A DNA stretch of 25,111 nucleotides from a virus (taxonomy: Duplodnaviria; Caudoviricetes): the IMG/VR virus record IMGVR_UViG_3300030043_000110, positions 1 through 25,111 of that record; one strand, given 5' to 3'. The notes under the pieces were generated by a model. That model was not told the origin of the DNA and did not search any database. It saw nothing but the letters and a program-made list of their open reading frames with translations. The position numbers were made by a program, and so were the translations under genes. Positions 8,578 to 17,951 of this stretch are shown one piece after another (the stretch's first letter is position 1; each line of letters opens with the position of its first letter).

Positions 8578-8787
8578 ATGTATGAAGTAGCTTCTTGCGG
8601 TACTACTATTGACATTGTAGCTGATCTATTTTCTGCCTCTACAACATATGATCACTGCAATGGTCCCGAAGTTGTTCTCTACAAATATGATGGACAAGGT
8701 AATAAACGTATCATTCAGTCGAAGCAAAATAATATGCGAATTATGCATAGCAAAGCAGTAACCCCTAACCAACGGAATGGAGTTTAA
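8578..8787 (+). CDS. Hypothetical protein (69 aa)
   Basis: AGGA RBS; ORF track. Confidence 0.65.
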   Translation: MYEVASCGTTIDIVADLFSASTTYDHCNGPEVVLYKYDGQGNKRIIQSKQNNMRIMHSKAVTPNQRNGV

Positions 8788-8789
8788 TC

Positions 8790-9512
8790 ATGTCGGAAAC
8801 TCAAGTAGCAGCAATCAATGAAGCAAATGCAGGTACGGCTACTGCAGTAGAACCTGTTAAGTACACGGATGAACAGAAAGCAGGTTTCAAAGCAAGTATT
8901 GTAGCTAAATTCAACAATCTAGTAGATGTAAAGGAAATGCGTTTCTCCTTTAAATCTGACAAGGAAACCGGCTTCAAGCGTCCTACCGTTGAATTGCACT
9001 TGCCAGTTCTTTCTGCTGAAGGTGTAGTAGATATTCTCACCAACGGTGATACTCGTCCCAAGGAACTAGAATTGCTTCTGGAAGCTTTGGCCGATGTTGT
9101 AAATGGTCAAGCTCGCGCAATTGTTAATGACGACGAAAATATCAATCAAGAGAATTTCCCGCTTGATAAGGTGTCGTGGGCAGCAATTGCGAATATGCCG
9201 AAAGCAGAACGTCGCGGCGGTGGGATTGCTAAAGAGACGTGGGAAGAATTCTCCGCTGACTATCTTGCAGTTATGCCGCAAGCTACTGGCAAGAAGATTG
9301 AACAAGTTGGCTTGGCTGCTAAGCTTCTTGTTGGTCGCTTCTCACAAGTTAAAACTCAGAAACCTATCATCGAGAAGCTTGTTTCCCAACTTGGTATCTA
9401 TGTGAATGCATCACCTAATGCAGAACAGTTCACAGAAGTTATTGAATTCCTCACCAAGAAGGCAGAAACTCTGCTGAATATTTCTGAAGAAGAAATGTTG
9501 GCAGCTCTGTAA
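8790..9512 (+). CDS. Hypothetical phage protein (240 aa)
   Basis: GGAG RBS; long ORF; no family recognised. Confidence 0.85.
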   Translation: MSETQVAAINEANAGTATAVEPVKYTDEQKAGFKASIVAKFNNLVDVKEMRFSFKSDKETGFKRPTVELHLPVLSAEGVVDILTNGDTRPKELELLLEALADVVNGQARAIVNDDENINQENFPLDKVSWAAIANMPKAERRGGGIAKETWEEFSADYLAVMPQATGKKIEQVGLAAKLLVGRFSQVKTQKPIIEKLVSQLGIYVNASPNAEQFTEVIEFLTKKAETLLNISEEEMLAAL

Positions 9513-9522
9513 GAAGTGTGTT

Positions 9523-9556
9523 GCTGGTGTGGCACCTACCAGTTCAGAACAGGTGC
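9523..9556 (+). other. H-type RNA pseudoknot
   Basis: S1 GCUGGU 9523-9528/ACCAGU 9538-9543; S2 GCACCU 9532-9537/AGGUGC 9551-9556; loops of 3, 0 and 7 nt. Confidence 0.6.
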
Positions 9557-9609
9557 ATTTAGTAGAAGTGTTGGGTAGACACAATAAGCCTATAGCATTT
9601 CTACTAAAT
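9557..9609 (+). promoter_or_regulatory. Long intergenic hairpin (possible RNase III site)
   Basis: 17 contiguous bp, 9557-9573/9593-9609, including three G-U pairs. Confidence 0.6.
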
Positions 9610-9631
9610 CAGTTTCGATTCATAAAGTAAA

Positions 9632-9886
9632 ATGAGAACTTACGAACCTGCTTGGTTGGAGCTTAAAAAGAAAGGTAAAGTCAGACTGGCTGTGCCTAGA
9701 GCTTTACATGCACGTGTATTAAAAGCAGTTATCAAAGAGAAAGATATGGATGTAGGATATAAGCTGGAAATGCTTGAGAGTAAAATAAAGATGAGAATCA
9801 CACATAAGAGAGAAAATTCAGTATTAACTCTTACACTCACAAGATCTTACACATTTTTAGAATCTGTCTGTGCCAGCGAGATTTAG
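9632..9886 (+). CDS. Basic hypothetical protein (84 aa)
   Basis: ORF track; Lys/Arg-rich; weak RBS. Confidence 0.7.
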   Translation: MRTYEPAWLELKKKGKVRLAVPRALHARVLKAVIKEKDMDVGYKLEMLESKIKMRITHKRENSVLTLTLTRSYTFLESVCASEI

Positions 9887-9921
9887 TTGCTGGCATTTTC
9901 TATTTAAAGGAAAGAATTATC

Positions 9922-10173
9922 ATGAGAACTAGCGGCCCCACCACATATAAGAAATTATATGGATTCATAGTAGGAGAATCGGAGAAAGCTATTAAATTCA
10001 AAGTCGATATGCCAGGATATTTTATAAATGGGCTAATTTCTTGGTTTCCAATTTCGCAAATCAACTATACAAAACGTAGTCACTCTGCGTCTGAAGGCCT
10101 TGACGAAATTGATGTAGCTGATTGGTTGGTACAAAGGAAAGCTGAAGAATATGCTAATATTTCAGAGGAATAA
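9922..10173 (+). CDS. Hypothetical protein (83 aa)
   Basis: AAGGA RBS; small beta-rich pattern (ESEKAIKF...WFPISQI...VADWL). Confidence 0.75.
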   Translation: MRTSGPTTYKKLYGFIVGESEKAIKFKVDMPGYFINGLISWFPISQINYTKRSHSASEGLDEIDVADWLVQRKAEEYANISEE

Positions 10174-10175
10174 AT

Positions 10176-10439
10176 ATGAGCCCCATTGAACAACTCAGAG
10201 AAAAGGTTGGTACACTTCAGACTGCGCTTCTAGAAGCTCACCCGACTATGCCAGTTCTTCTTCGTGAAATACACCAGAATCTAAAACAAGATGAGGAAAT
10301 TGTTACTTTGCTCTCTGAAGAAGAGATTGGAATTATAGTTCAAGGCTTGATGAAGCAAACTAATACAGTGATCCTAGCAGGAATTGCCAAGAAGGGCACA
10401 GGTAAATCACTTAAGAAGACAACACTTGAAGATTTGTGA
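10176..10439 (+). CDS. Hypothetical helical protein (87 aa)
   Basis: GAGG RBS; ORF track. Confidence 0.75.
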   Translation: MSPIEQLREKVGTLQTALLEAHPTMPVLLREIHQNLKQDEEIVTLLSEEEIGIIVQGLMKQTNTVILAGIAKKGTGKSLKKTTLEDL

Positions 10440-10469
10440 GTAGCTCGTATTTACCTAGAGAGTAATTAA

Positions 10470-10913
10470 ATGGAAGAAACTAGTCTGGCTAAGTTGGTAG
10501 CTCTACAAACATATAACCAACCAGTTTCTTCCGTGAAATTATTGCGAATTCTGGCCCCATTTTTATATCAGCTTTCAAAACCAGCTACCAATAACTCACT
10601 ACGTATCCAAACAATCCATTGGCTTATGGAGAACTGGTATGAAAAACAAGCTAAGATCCACGATGTGTCTGATATTAGAACTGATTTATATAGCGGCTAC
10701 ACTGTCTGCTACAATTGTTGTAATATACTTGGTAGTGATATCTGCGGGCTTACATTATCTTGCGGTGAGTGTAGACAAGAACCGTCCCTTTCGTATTATT
10801 TTCTAGCAGATTTATTAGCTTTCAGCTACCAAATTCCACATCCAGTCACAGTTAAAATTCTTTCTGACTATTTAGGTAAAAGATATTATGAGCGACTCAC
10901 AGAATCAAACTGA
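10470..10913 (+). CDS. Hypothetical protein with putative Zn-binding motif
   Basis: CYNCC...CGEC (two CxxC-type pairs). Confidence 0.65.
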   Translation: MEETSLAKLVALQTYNQPVSSVKLLRILAPFLYQLSKPATNNSLRIQTIHWLMENWYEKQAKIHDVSDIRTDLYSGYTVCYNCCNILGSDICGLTLSCGECRQEPSLSYYFLADLLAFSYQIPHPVTVKILSDYLGKRYYERLTESN

Positions 10914-11814
10914 GGTAGATATTCGACTACGCCAACTCTCTTATTCCGGACTCTTAACACTTCATTCTTGCCCTAGACGCTTCCAACTAGATAAAATGAG
11001 AGGTACATATGAACGAGAATCTATTACCACCTTTGCATTTGGTCATTGCGTCGGATTGGGAATCCAGTTGTGCTTTGAAGGAAAGTCTGAGCAAGAGATA
11101 TTCTTTGCTATATTTCAAGAATGGGATGTTGATCTATTTGACGAAGCCGAAAAGCAACAAGAATCTTTCTGGCTTGCAATGTATGCAGTACAGAAATTTA
11201 TTGGAATGCGAAAAGCTGGATTTTTGGAAGACTACGAATTGGTGTTTCACGAAGGAAAACCAGCCTGTGAGCTCTCATTCGTCATTGAATTCCCTGATGG
11301 TTTTCGGTATAGAGGTTACGTCGACGCAGTATTGCGAAATAAATTCACAGATAGAGTGGCAGTCTTGGAAGTTAAGACAACAGGTCTTAATGATATTGAT
11401 GAATCTCTCTATAAAAATTCCGCACAAGCCATTGGTTATAGTATTGTTCTTGACGCAATCTTCCCAGGATTGAGTGATTACGAAGTGTTGTATTTGCCCT
11501 ACAAGAAAAAGACACATGAGTACGAACTCCGACCATACGCAAAGAGTTATTTGCAGCGGGCACTCTGGATCCAAGAGCTTTTGCTAGACATTGAAACTAT
11601 CAATATGTATTCAGCTGCAGAAGTTTTCCCGATGCGCGGTGAGAGCTGTTATAGCTTTTATAGACAATGTACTTATTTTGGCACCTGTACTTTGAGCAAT
11701 CAATATCTACTCAAACCAGTAAGTCAAAAAGAGCTTGACAACATTGAAGAAACAAAGTACAGTATCAATCTTACCTTGATGGATCTATTGAATTCTCAAT
11801 TGGAGAAAGTGTGA
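10888..11814 (+). CDS. PD-(D/E)XK exonuclease, Cas4/AddB-like
   Basis: LSYS...CPRR N-terminus, GYVD...EVKT catalytic motif, QxxxY (QAIGY), C-terminal Cys cluster CYSFYRQCTYFGTC. Confidence 0.88.
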   Translation: MSDSQNQTEVDIRLRQLSYSGLLTLHSCPRRFQLDKMRGTYERESITTFAFGHCVGLGIQLCFEGKSEQEIFFAIFQEWDVDLFDEAEKQQESFWLAMYAVQKFIGMRKAGFLEDYELVFHEGKPACELSFVIEFPDGFRYRGYVDAVLRNKFTDRVAVLEVKTTGLNDIDESLYKNSAQAIGYSIVLDAIFPGLSDYEVLYLPYKKKTHEYELRPYAKSYLQRALWIQELLLDIETINMYSAAEVFPMRGESCYSFYRQCTYFGTCTLSNQYLLKPVSQKELDNIEETKYSINLTLMDLLNSQLEKV

Positions 11815-12020
11815 TGACAGGCACTAATTGGGTTATGTTTGCAAAACAGTGTATTAATAAATTCCATATTTGCACAGTCTCTGTTAAGAAATCTGACACT
11901 TCAACTGATAATAGAATCATTCAAGTATCTATGTCTAATGGGCTAGTTCTAGAAGAATTCTATGGAGATGAAGCTGGAGCTACTATGGCATTTAAATTAC
12001 TGACAGGAGTAACAGAGTGA
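11811..12020 (+). CDS. Hypothetical protein (69 aa)
   Basis: Overlaps the stop and start of its neighbours; GGAG RBS. Confidence 0.65.
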   Translation: MMTGTNWVMFAKQCINKFHICTVSVKKSDTSTDNRIIQVSMSNGLVLEEFYGDEAGATMAFKLLTGVTE

Positions 12021-12907
12021 AACTATCTGAAAAGAAAGTAGCAGCCACTCACAGTGTTCTTCTCTTTGGCCCTCCTAAATCTGGTAAGACTGAATTAGCA
12101 GGTAAACTAGCAGAGCATTTTAATCTCATTTGGTTTGATCTTGAAAATGGATGGACTACTCTTTCAAAACTACCAGTAGAATGGCAAGATCGTATTGAAG
12201 TAATTTCTCTGCCAGATACTAGAGAGTTTCCAATTGCAATTGAAACAGTGATGAAAGTTCTTAAAGGATCTCCAGTACTTATTTGTGAGAAACACGGAAA
12301 AGTAGATTGCACTTTGTGTAAGAAAGAAAATCTTGCAACTATACGAGTAGCTTTGAATGAAATGGGTCCAGATTCAATTGTAGTTTTCGACTCCCTAACT
12401 CAGCTTACAAGTTCTGTGATTTCTCGTATCGCGCCCGTAGATAACTTAGAGTATAAATTCGAGTTTGATGATTACAGGAAGATGGGTGCATTACTAGATT
12501 TCTGTCTATCTAGAATCCAACAAGCTTCATACAATGTAATTTGTATCTCTCATGAGTCTGAAGTAGAGATGGAGGATGGAAAAAAGAAGCTAGTACCTAC
12601 GGCCGGCACTTCCAATTTCAGTCGTAATTCAGCAAAATACTTTGGTCATGTAATATATGTAGAAGTTAAAAACAAAGCACACAAAGCAGCTAGTTCTACA
12701 ACATTTGCAACTAATATTCTGACAGGTTCTAGAACAGGAGCAATTATTGAAGGAGATAAAGAAGCTAACTTACTGAGAATTTTCAAACCTGAATTGTTTC
12801 CAAATGAGCCAGTAGTACAAGATGCAAACACGAAAATACCAGGAGCAGTAGCTGGGAATAAGTTAGCTGAATTGAGAGAGCGAATGAAATCAGGAGGTGT
12901 AAAATAA
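12017..12907 (+). CDS. Sak4/AAA_24-like RecA-fold ATPase
   Basis: GPPKSGKT Walker A, WFDLENG, VVFDSLT Walker B, ICISHE; CEKH...CTLC insertion; GTG start with AGGAG RBS. Confidence 0.85.
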   Translation: MKLSEKKVAATHSVLLFGPPKSGKTELAGKLAEHFNLIWFDLENGWTTLSKLPVEWQDRIEVISLPDTREFPIAIETVMKVLKGSPVLICEKHGKVDCTLCKKENLATIRVALNEMGPDSIVVFDSLTQLTSSVISRIAPVDNLEYKFEFDDYRKMGALLDFCLSRIQQASYNVICISHESEVEMEDGKKKLVPTAGTSNFSRNSAKYFGHVIYVEVKNKAHKAASSTTFATNILTGSRTGAIIEGDKEANLLRIFKPELFPNEPVVQDANTKIPGAVAGNKLAELRERMKSGGVK

Positions 12908-13206
12908 TGAATGCAAATAGTATAAATGACCCAGTTAATCACCCAAACCACTACACTTCTCACCCATCGGGAATTGAGTGTATTGACATTACACGTCATA
13001 TGAGTTTCAATCTCGGTAATGCATTTAAATATATTTGGCGAGCTGATCTTAAAGGAGACTCTATCGAAGACTTGAAAAAAGCTGTTTGGTATTTGAATGA
13101 TGAAATTAAGAAACGTAGCATAGGAAGTGATCTTGAAAATGTAGCAACACAAGCAGCATTGGCAGCATCTAGTATTCTTTCTACTAATTCAATCAAAGGT
13201 ATTTAA
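12907..13206 (+). CDS. DUF3310 family protein
   Basis: DPVNHPxHY...IECID...GNAFKYIWRA..KG..IEDLKKAVWYL signature. Confidence 0.88.
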   Translation: MNANSINDPVNHPNHYTSHPSGIECIDITRHMSFNLGNAFKYIWRADLKGDSIEDLKKAVWYLNDEIKKRSIGSDLENVATQAALAASSILSTNSIKGI

Positions 13207-13209
13207 ATC

Positions 13210-13689
13210 ATGAGCGACGTTACTAATCTCGACAATCTTGATGACATCGATTCTCTTCTGGATAAGAATCTGGATGACATTGCTGATCTTCCTTCTTTCG
13301 ATACTTGGCCCAAAGGTGTACACAAAGCCATTATTACTTGGGAACGCAAGGATATCGAAAAGACTGTAGATGGTTCAAAGAAGAAAGTGCCCCACATGCA
13401 ATTGAATATGGCGTTTCTGGAAACTCTTGAACTCGAAGATACTTCTTTTTCTGGAAAACTTCCGCAAGTTGCAGATAAGATGAACACTGCCTATGATCTC
13501 ACAAATGAATTTGCATTGGGAGCTCTTAAGAAAGCAGTTGCTAGTCTCTCTCCGCGATTCAACGGAAATTTGAAGGAAACGATCAAAGGAACCAATGGCT
13601 TCGAAGTTGCAATTGTGTTGAAGCACCGTAAAGATAAGAATGATAAGGATCGCGTCTATCCACAGATTGAAGATATGATCCCTGCTTAA
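13210..13689 (+). CDS. Putative single-stranded DNA-binding protein (DUF669-like)
   Basis: Acidic N-terminus, PKGVHKAIIT beta pattern, terminal YPQI; position after the Sak4-like ATPase. Confidence 0.55.
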   Translation: MSDVTNLDNLDDIDSLLDKNLDDIADLPSFDTWPKGVHKAIITWERKDIEKTVDGSKKKVPHMQLNMAFLETLELEDTSFSGKLPQVADKMNTAYDLTNEFALGALKKAVASLSPRFNGNLKETIKGTNGFEVAIVLKHRKDKNDKDRVYPQIEDMIPA

Positions 13690-13694
13690 TGGTA

Positions 13695-13760
13695 GTTAGT
13701 TTCTAGTTTGAATGGCTTTCGGTTCACAAGACTGGAAGCCATTTTTGCATAGAAATTAGC
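13695..13760 (+). terminator. Intrinsic-terminator-like hairpin nested in a longer stem
   Basis: AAUGGCUUUCGGUU 13711-13724/GACUGGAAGCCAUU 13730-13743 followed by a U run; outer 11-bp stem 13695-13705/13750-13760. Confidence 0.6.
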
Positions 13761-13783
13761 AGTGAAAACCAATGGAGAGCTAA

Positions 13784-14068
13784 ATGAGCCAACTTGAAAT
13801 TAGTTTCGATGAACGTAAATATCCTTTGAAAGCTAAAGACATACCAGTGGGGGCTGTATTCAAAAAGGAAGGTCATCCAGCTGCTTACATGAAAGTTAAG
13901 TCAGTTAATTTCTTGAATAATTCAAATCTTCTCGCAGATGTCTTTGCTCGTGGAGACATTCTCACGGTTAATCTTCACAAAGGTACAGTCTTTGTTATGT
14001 CTGGGGAGACTGTAGTTGTGAAGCTTAAAGGTAAAATGCAACTGGAAAGAGTTAAGGAGAATGATTGA
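13784..14068 (+). CDS. Hypothetical protein (94 aa)
   Basis: GGAG RBS; abuts the polymerase gene. Confidence 0.75.
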   Translation: MSQLEISFDERKYPLKAKDIPVGAVFKKEGHPAAYMKVKSVNFLNNSNLLADVFARGDILTVNLHKGTVFVMSGETVVVKLKGKMQLERVKEND

Positions 14069-16327
14069 ATGGCGAAGCTCTTATATGTTGGATCTCCTGC
14101 AGATGAATCATATCTTCCTTATCTGAAAGGTTGCTGTTCGGGGGCCAGTGTAACTCCTTTGTGTAAATCAGACTTGATGCTAGCTCAGATTGAAGCAGTC
14201 TGTAAGTCCAGAGGATTCGAAGGAGTAATATGTAGCAATCAAAATATTCTGAAAAGATTACTTAGCTGGACTGACAACAGAAAAGATCCTAGTCTTGACT
14301 CCTACCAGGGTTCCATCTTTCTACACAACGGATTGGAATATTTAATTATCAATCCGTTATTCCATTTAACGGCGGTGAGCTATGGCCCATTTGTATTCAA
14401 GCGGTTTATATCTAAGTTGGCCGCTCGTGATAGTTGGCTGCCTAGTACTGCTTTCAATTGGGCCATTCTGGATGCTATTAATATTGGGGCAATCTTCGAT
14501 GAGTTCCAATCTGCTTACGCAATCGCAGTTGATATCGAAACTTTCTCAGAACCTCTATCCATTAGATGCATTGGGTACACAGCAATCTTCCTCAATGAAG
14601 GACAAATAAGAACTAAGTCTTGTGTCCTTCCGCTAGATTCTTTGTGGGCACTATCTTGGATGAGAAGATTCAATTGGGAACTGAAAGCTCCTAAGATTTT
14701 CCAGAATGGGAAATACGATAATGCATATCTATCTATGTTCAACTCAGTACCATATAATTGGCTATGGGATACTGCTACTTTGTTTCATTGTTGGTATTCT
14801 GAGCTACCTAAAGATCTTGCATTCCTTAATTCATTCTTTGTACGTGAGTCAATGTATTGGAAAGACTTGGCAAATACGACTGATTTGGAGCAATATTATC
14901 GTTACAATGCTCTTGATACTTGGGCAACTGCTAATGTTTGGATTGCTCAAATGATGCAGTTGCCTAGCTTCGCTATTGAAAACTACAAGATGGAATTCCC
15001 TCTAGTCTTTCCATGTCACTTGTCAGAAATGACTGGAATTAAACGAGACATGGAGGAAATGAAATTAGCTAGAGCAGATGCAGATAAAGAAGTAGCTGAG
15101 TTAAATCACAGTTTGGAAACTATGACAGCCACTCCAGGATTCAATGTCAATTCTGCTCCACAAATGAAAGCGCTGATGAAAGTATTTGGTCTCGGCGAGG
15201 TAGCTAGTTGTGATGATACCAATCTAAATAAATTCTCTCTCCGTCATCCATTAAATAATAGAATTATTAAAAAGATTCAATCACTACGGGAGAAAAGAAA
15301 GTACCGATCCATGTATATAAGGACTGATGATGACATCAAAAAATCTGGAGATAGAGGCTATAAAGAATATAAAGGAAGAATTCTTTACGCTCTCAATCCG
15401 CACGGAACCGACTCAGGACGCCTTGCGAGTAAGGAGTCTCATTTCTGGTGCGGACTACAAATCCAAAATATTACTCGGGGACCAAGTGTTAAAAGAACAT
15501 TGGTTGCCGATGACGGTTTTCGAATTGCAGAATGCGATCTGGAGCAGGCTGAGTCAAGAGATACTGCATACGCCGCAGGGGAAATTACACTTATCGCGGC
15601 AGTTGAGGGAGTGCGTGACTTCCATTCTGTTAATGCAAGCGCATTTTTTGGTATCCCGTACGAATCAATCTATGATGATGCTAGAAAGAAAACACTTGAT
15701 AAAATTCTCCGTGATTTAGCCAAGCGAGTCAACCACGGTGCAAATTATTGCATGGGAGGGAACGTACTAGTTCAGACTATGGGAGAAGATAAAATATGGA
15801 AAGCGAAAAGACTTTTGAAGTTACCTTCAGAATTTGGACTGAAACAGGTAGCAGAGTATTTACTTGCACAATTCCACAAGACATACCCAGGACTCTCGAA
15901 AGTTTTCTATCCTCATATTTGGCAAAACATTCGGACATATCGGATGCTGACTGGCCCCCAAGGTTGGACCAGGTATTGCTTTGGAAACCCAGATAAGAAT
16001 AAGCATGATGCAAATAGTTATGTAGCTCACGTTGCACAGTCAATGAATGCAATGACTTTGAATAAAGCATATATGAAGGTATTCTATGAAATTGCAATGC
16101 ATCCACAATATAAAATGCACTTCAAGCTGTGTGCTCAAATACACGACTCCATCCTATTCCAGTTTCGTGAAGGGCATGAGTACTTGGCTGATATGGTTCG
16201 AGAAAGAATGGAAATCCCAGTTACAATCAAAGGTGCCGACGGTATTACTAGGATGTTCACTGTTCCAGCTGCTATCAAAGCTGGGCCGGATGGAAAAGGA
16301 GCTCACAGGTGGAGTGAAACTGAATAG
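14069..16327 (+). CDS. polA: Family A DNA polymerase with 3'-5' exonuclease
   Basis: Exo motifs VDIET, FQNGKYD and YNALD; GTDSGRLAS; motif A DLEQAESR; motif B RDLAKRVNHGANY; motif C QIHDSI. Confidence 0.95.
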   Translation: MAKLLYVGSPADESYLPYLKGCCSGASVTPLCKSDLMLAQIEAVCKSRGFEGVICSNQNILKRLLSWTDNRKDPSLDSYQGSIFLHNGLEYLIINPLFHLTAVSYGPFVFKRFISKLAARDSWLPSTAFNWAILDAINIGAIFDEFQSAYAIAVDIETFSEPLSIRCIGYTAIFLNEGQIRTKSCVLPLDSLWALSWMRRFNWELKAPKIFQNGKYDNAYLSMFNSVPYNWLWDTATLFHCWYSELPKDLAFLNSFFVRESMYWKDLANTTDLEQYYRYNALDTWATANVWIAQMMQLPSFAIENYKMEFPLVFPCHLSEMTGIKRDMEEMKLARADADKEVAELNHSLETMTATPGFNVNSAPQMKALMKVFGLGEVASCDDTNLNKFSLRHPLNNRIIKKIQSLREKRKYRSMYIRTDDDIKKSGDRGYKEYKGRILYALNPHGTDSGRLASKESHFWCGLQIQNITRGPSVKRTLVADDGFRIAECDLEQAESRDTAYAAGEITLIAAVEGVRDFHSVNASAFFGIPYESIYDDARKKTLDKILRDLAKRVNHGANYCMGGNVLVQTMGEDKIWKAKRLLKLPSEFGLKQVAEYLLAQFHKTYPGLSKVFYPHIWQNIRTYRMLTGPQGWTRYCFGNPDKNKHDANSYVAHVAQSMNAMTLNKAYMKVFYEIAMHPQYKMHFKLCAQIHDSILFQFREGHEYLADMVRERMEIPVTIKGADGITRMFTVPAAIKAGPDGKGAHRWSETE

Positions 16328-16336
16328 GAGAATAGA

Positions 16337-16654
16337 ATGATTCATGTTTATGATTTCGAAGATACTTTGATTATTAGAATACCCAAAGAAGATAAGAAAG
16401 CATTTAGAGTAGCAATTGCTAGAGCTTGTAATGTATGGCCAGATGCGCCCGTAGAAATTAAAGAACTACACGATCTTGTAATTCATGGCCGCCCATTACA
16501 AGATTATGCTTCACAGCCAGTCTTTACTAAGCGAGAGGAATTACCTCCAGAAGTTAATCAGTTGCTAGATCGGCCATCAGTTTCTAAGACTGACTCTAAA
16601 ACTACAAAGAAAGTGGAACCATTTGAGACAGAAAATAAGGAACCAGGAACATAA
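16337..16654 (+). CDS. Hypothetical protein (105 aa)
   Basis: AGGAG RBS; ORF track. Confidence 0.7.
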   Translation: MIHVYDFEDTLIIRIPKEDKKAFRVAIARACNVWPDAPVEIKELHDLVIHGRPLQDYASQPVFTKREELPPEVNQLLDRPSVSKTDSKTTKKVEPFETENKEPGT

Positions 16655-16676
16655 GTAATAACTATCCAGAGGGGAT

Positions 16677-17951
16677 ATGCGAGAAGATTTTATAACCTCT
16701 TACTTACAGTATCGTTCTGATACTGAGCCACCAGTGTTCTTTCACAGGTGGGCAATACTTTCTGCTCTAGGAGCGTATCTGGCAAGAGATGTTAGTTTTG
16801 AATTAGGTAATTCACAAATCTATCCTAATATGTATTGCATGCTGATTGGTGTTCCAGGCACGCGGAAATCTACATCTATTAAAATGGCTAAGGAATTACT
16901 AGAGAGAACAGGATTTAATAAATTTAGTGCTGAAAAGACAAGTAAAGAAAAATTCATTCTAGATTTAGCTGGGGATTTAGATAGTGACGCGAAAGAATTA
17001 ATTGACGACAATCTGTGGGGAGAGGGTAATGGAAGTATATCTGAATGTTACATTGCTTGTGATGAGTTTAATAATTTTATTGGTAACGGCAATATTGAGT
17101 TTATCAGTCTTCTTGGCGAGTTGTGGGATAGAAACGGGAATTATTCAAATAGAATCAAGAATGGTAAATCTGTTTCTATTAGTAATCCTACTATCTCTAT
17201 TCTCGGAGGAAATACTTCTACTGGATTCAGTCTTGCGTTTCCTTCCCAAACAATTGGTCAAGGTTTTTTCAGTCGGCTTATTCTAATATATTCTGAACCA
17301 TCCGGACGCAAAATTACTTTCCCTAAAAGAGTCTCAAATCATGACACACAATGTATGGTCAACCAGTTACTTGCAATTAAATCTCTATCTTCTACTGGTT
17401 CTGTTACTCGTACGCATTCTGCTGAGTTACTGCTCGATAAAATATATAAGAGCGACAATCGTATTGATGATGTGCGTTTTGAGCATTATACTAATCGCCG
17501 CTTCACCCATCTTCTTAAACTCACGCTTATACATTGTTTGGCTAGAATGAGTCTAGAAATTTCTGAAGAAGACGTAGTTATTGCAAATACAGTTCTGAGT
17601 CACACTGAGAAACTTATGCCGAAAGCACTAGGTGAATTTGGTGAGAGTAGAAATTCAAATGTAAATCATAAAGTTCTGAGCGCACTAGAAAATGCAAAGT
17701 CGACAATGACATTGCCAGATTTGTGGAAAGCAGTTAGTTCAGATATGGAGAAACCATCAGAGTTGGGAAATGTAATTGGCGGACTCCTTATGGCAGGAAA
17801 GATTTTGAAGACTGAATCTGGTTTTCTGATTAGAAGATCTATGATGGAAGCTGAATATTCGGACGTAATAGACTATGGATTTTTAAGTAGTGAAGAGCAA
17901 GGCCCTATGGCTCAACCGGTAGTTACTCGAGTTAAATTGGAGGTAGTATGA
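16677..17951 (+). CDS. DUF3987/YfjI-like P-loop ATPase (candidate replicative helicase)
   Basis: EPPVFFHRW...YPNMYCMLIGVPGTRKST Walker A, IACDE Walker B, GFFSR Arg-finger-like motif, C-terminal wHTH-like segment. Confidence 0.8.
   Translation: MREDFITSYLQYRSDTEPPVFFHRWAILSALGAYLARDVSFELGNSQIYPNMYCMLIGVPGTRKSTSIKMAKELLERTGFNKFSAEKTSKEKFILDLAGDLDSDAKELIDDNLWGEGNGSISECYIACDEFNNFIGNGNIEFISLLGELWDRNGNYSNRIKNGKSVSISNPTISILGGNTSTGFSLAFPSQTIGQGFFSRLILIYSEPSGRKITFPKRVSNHDTQCMVNQLLAIKSLSSTGSVTRTHSAELLLDKIYKSDNRIDDVRFEHYTNRRFTHLLKLTLIHCLARMSLEISEEDVVIANTVLSHTEKLMPKALGEFGESRNSNVNHKVLSALENAKSTMTLPDLWKAVSSDMEKPSELGNVIGGLLMAGKILKTESGFLIRRSMMEAEYSDVIDYGFLSSEEQGPMAQPVVTRVKLEVV

Noticed and set aside
9510-9578. 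Stop-codon readthrough or frameshift driven by the pseudoknot
   Set aside because: Readthrough adds only 21 codons before TAG, and no slippery heptamer is evident
10888-11814. CRISPR-Cas locus suggested by the Cas4-like gene
   Set aside because: No repeat-spacer array or other cas genes are seen; the context is phage recombination
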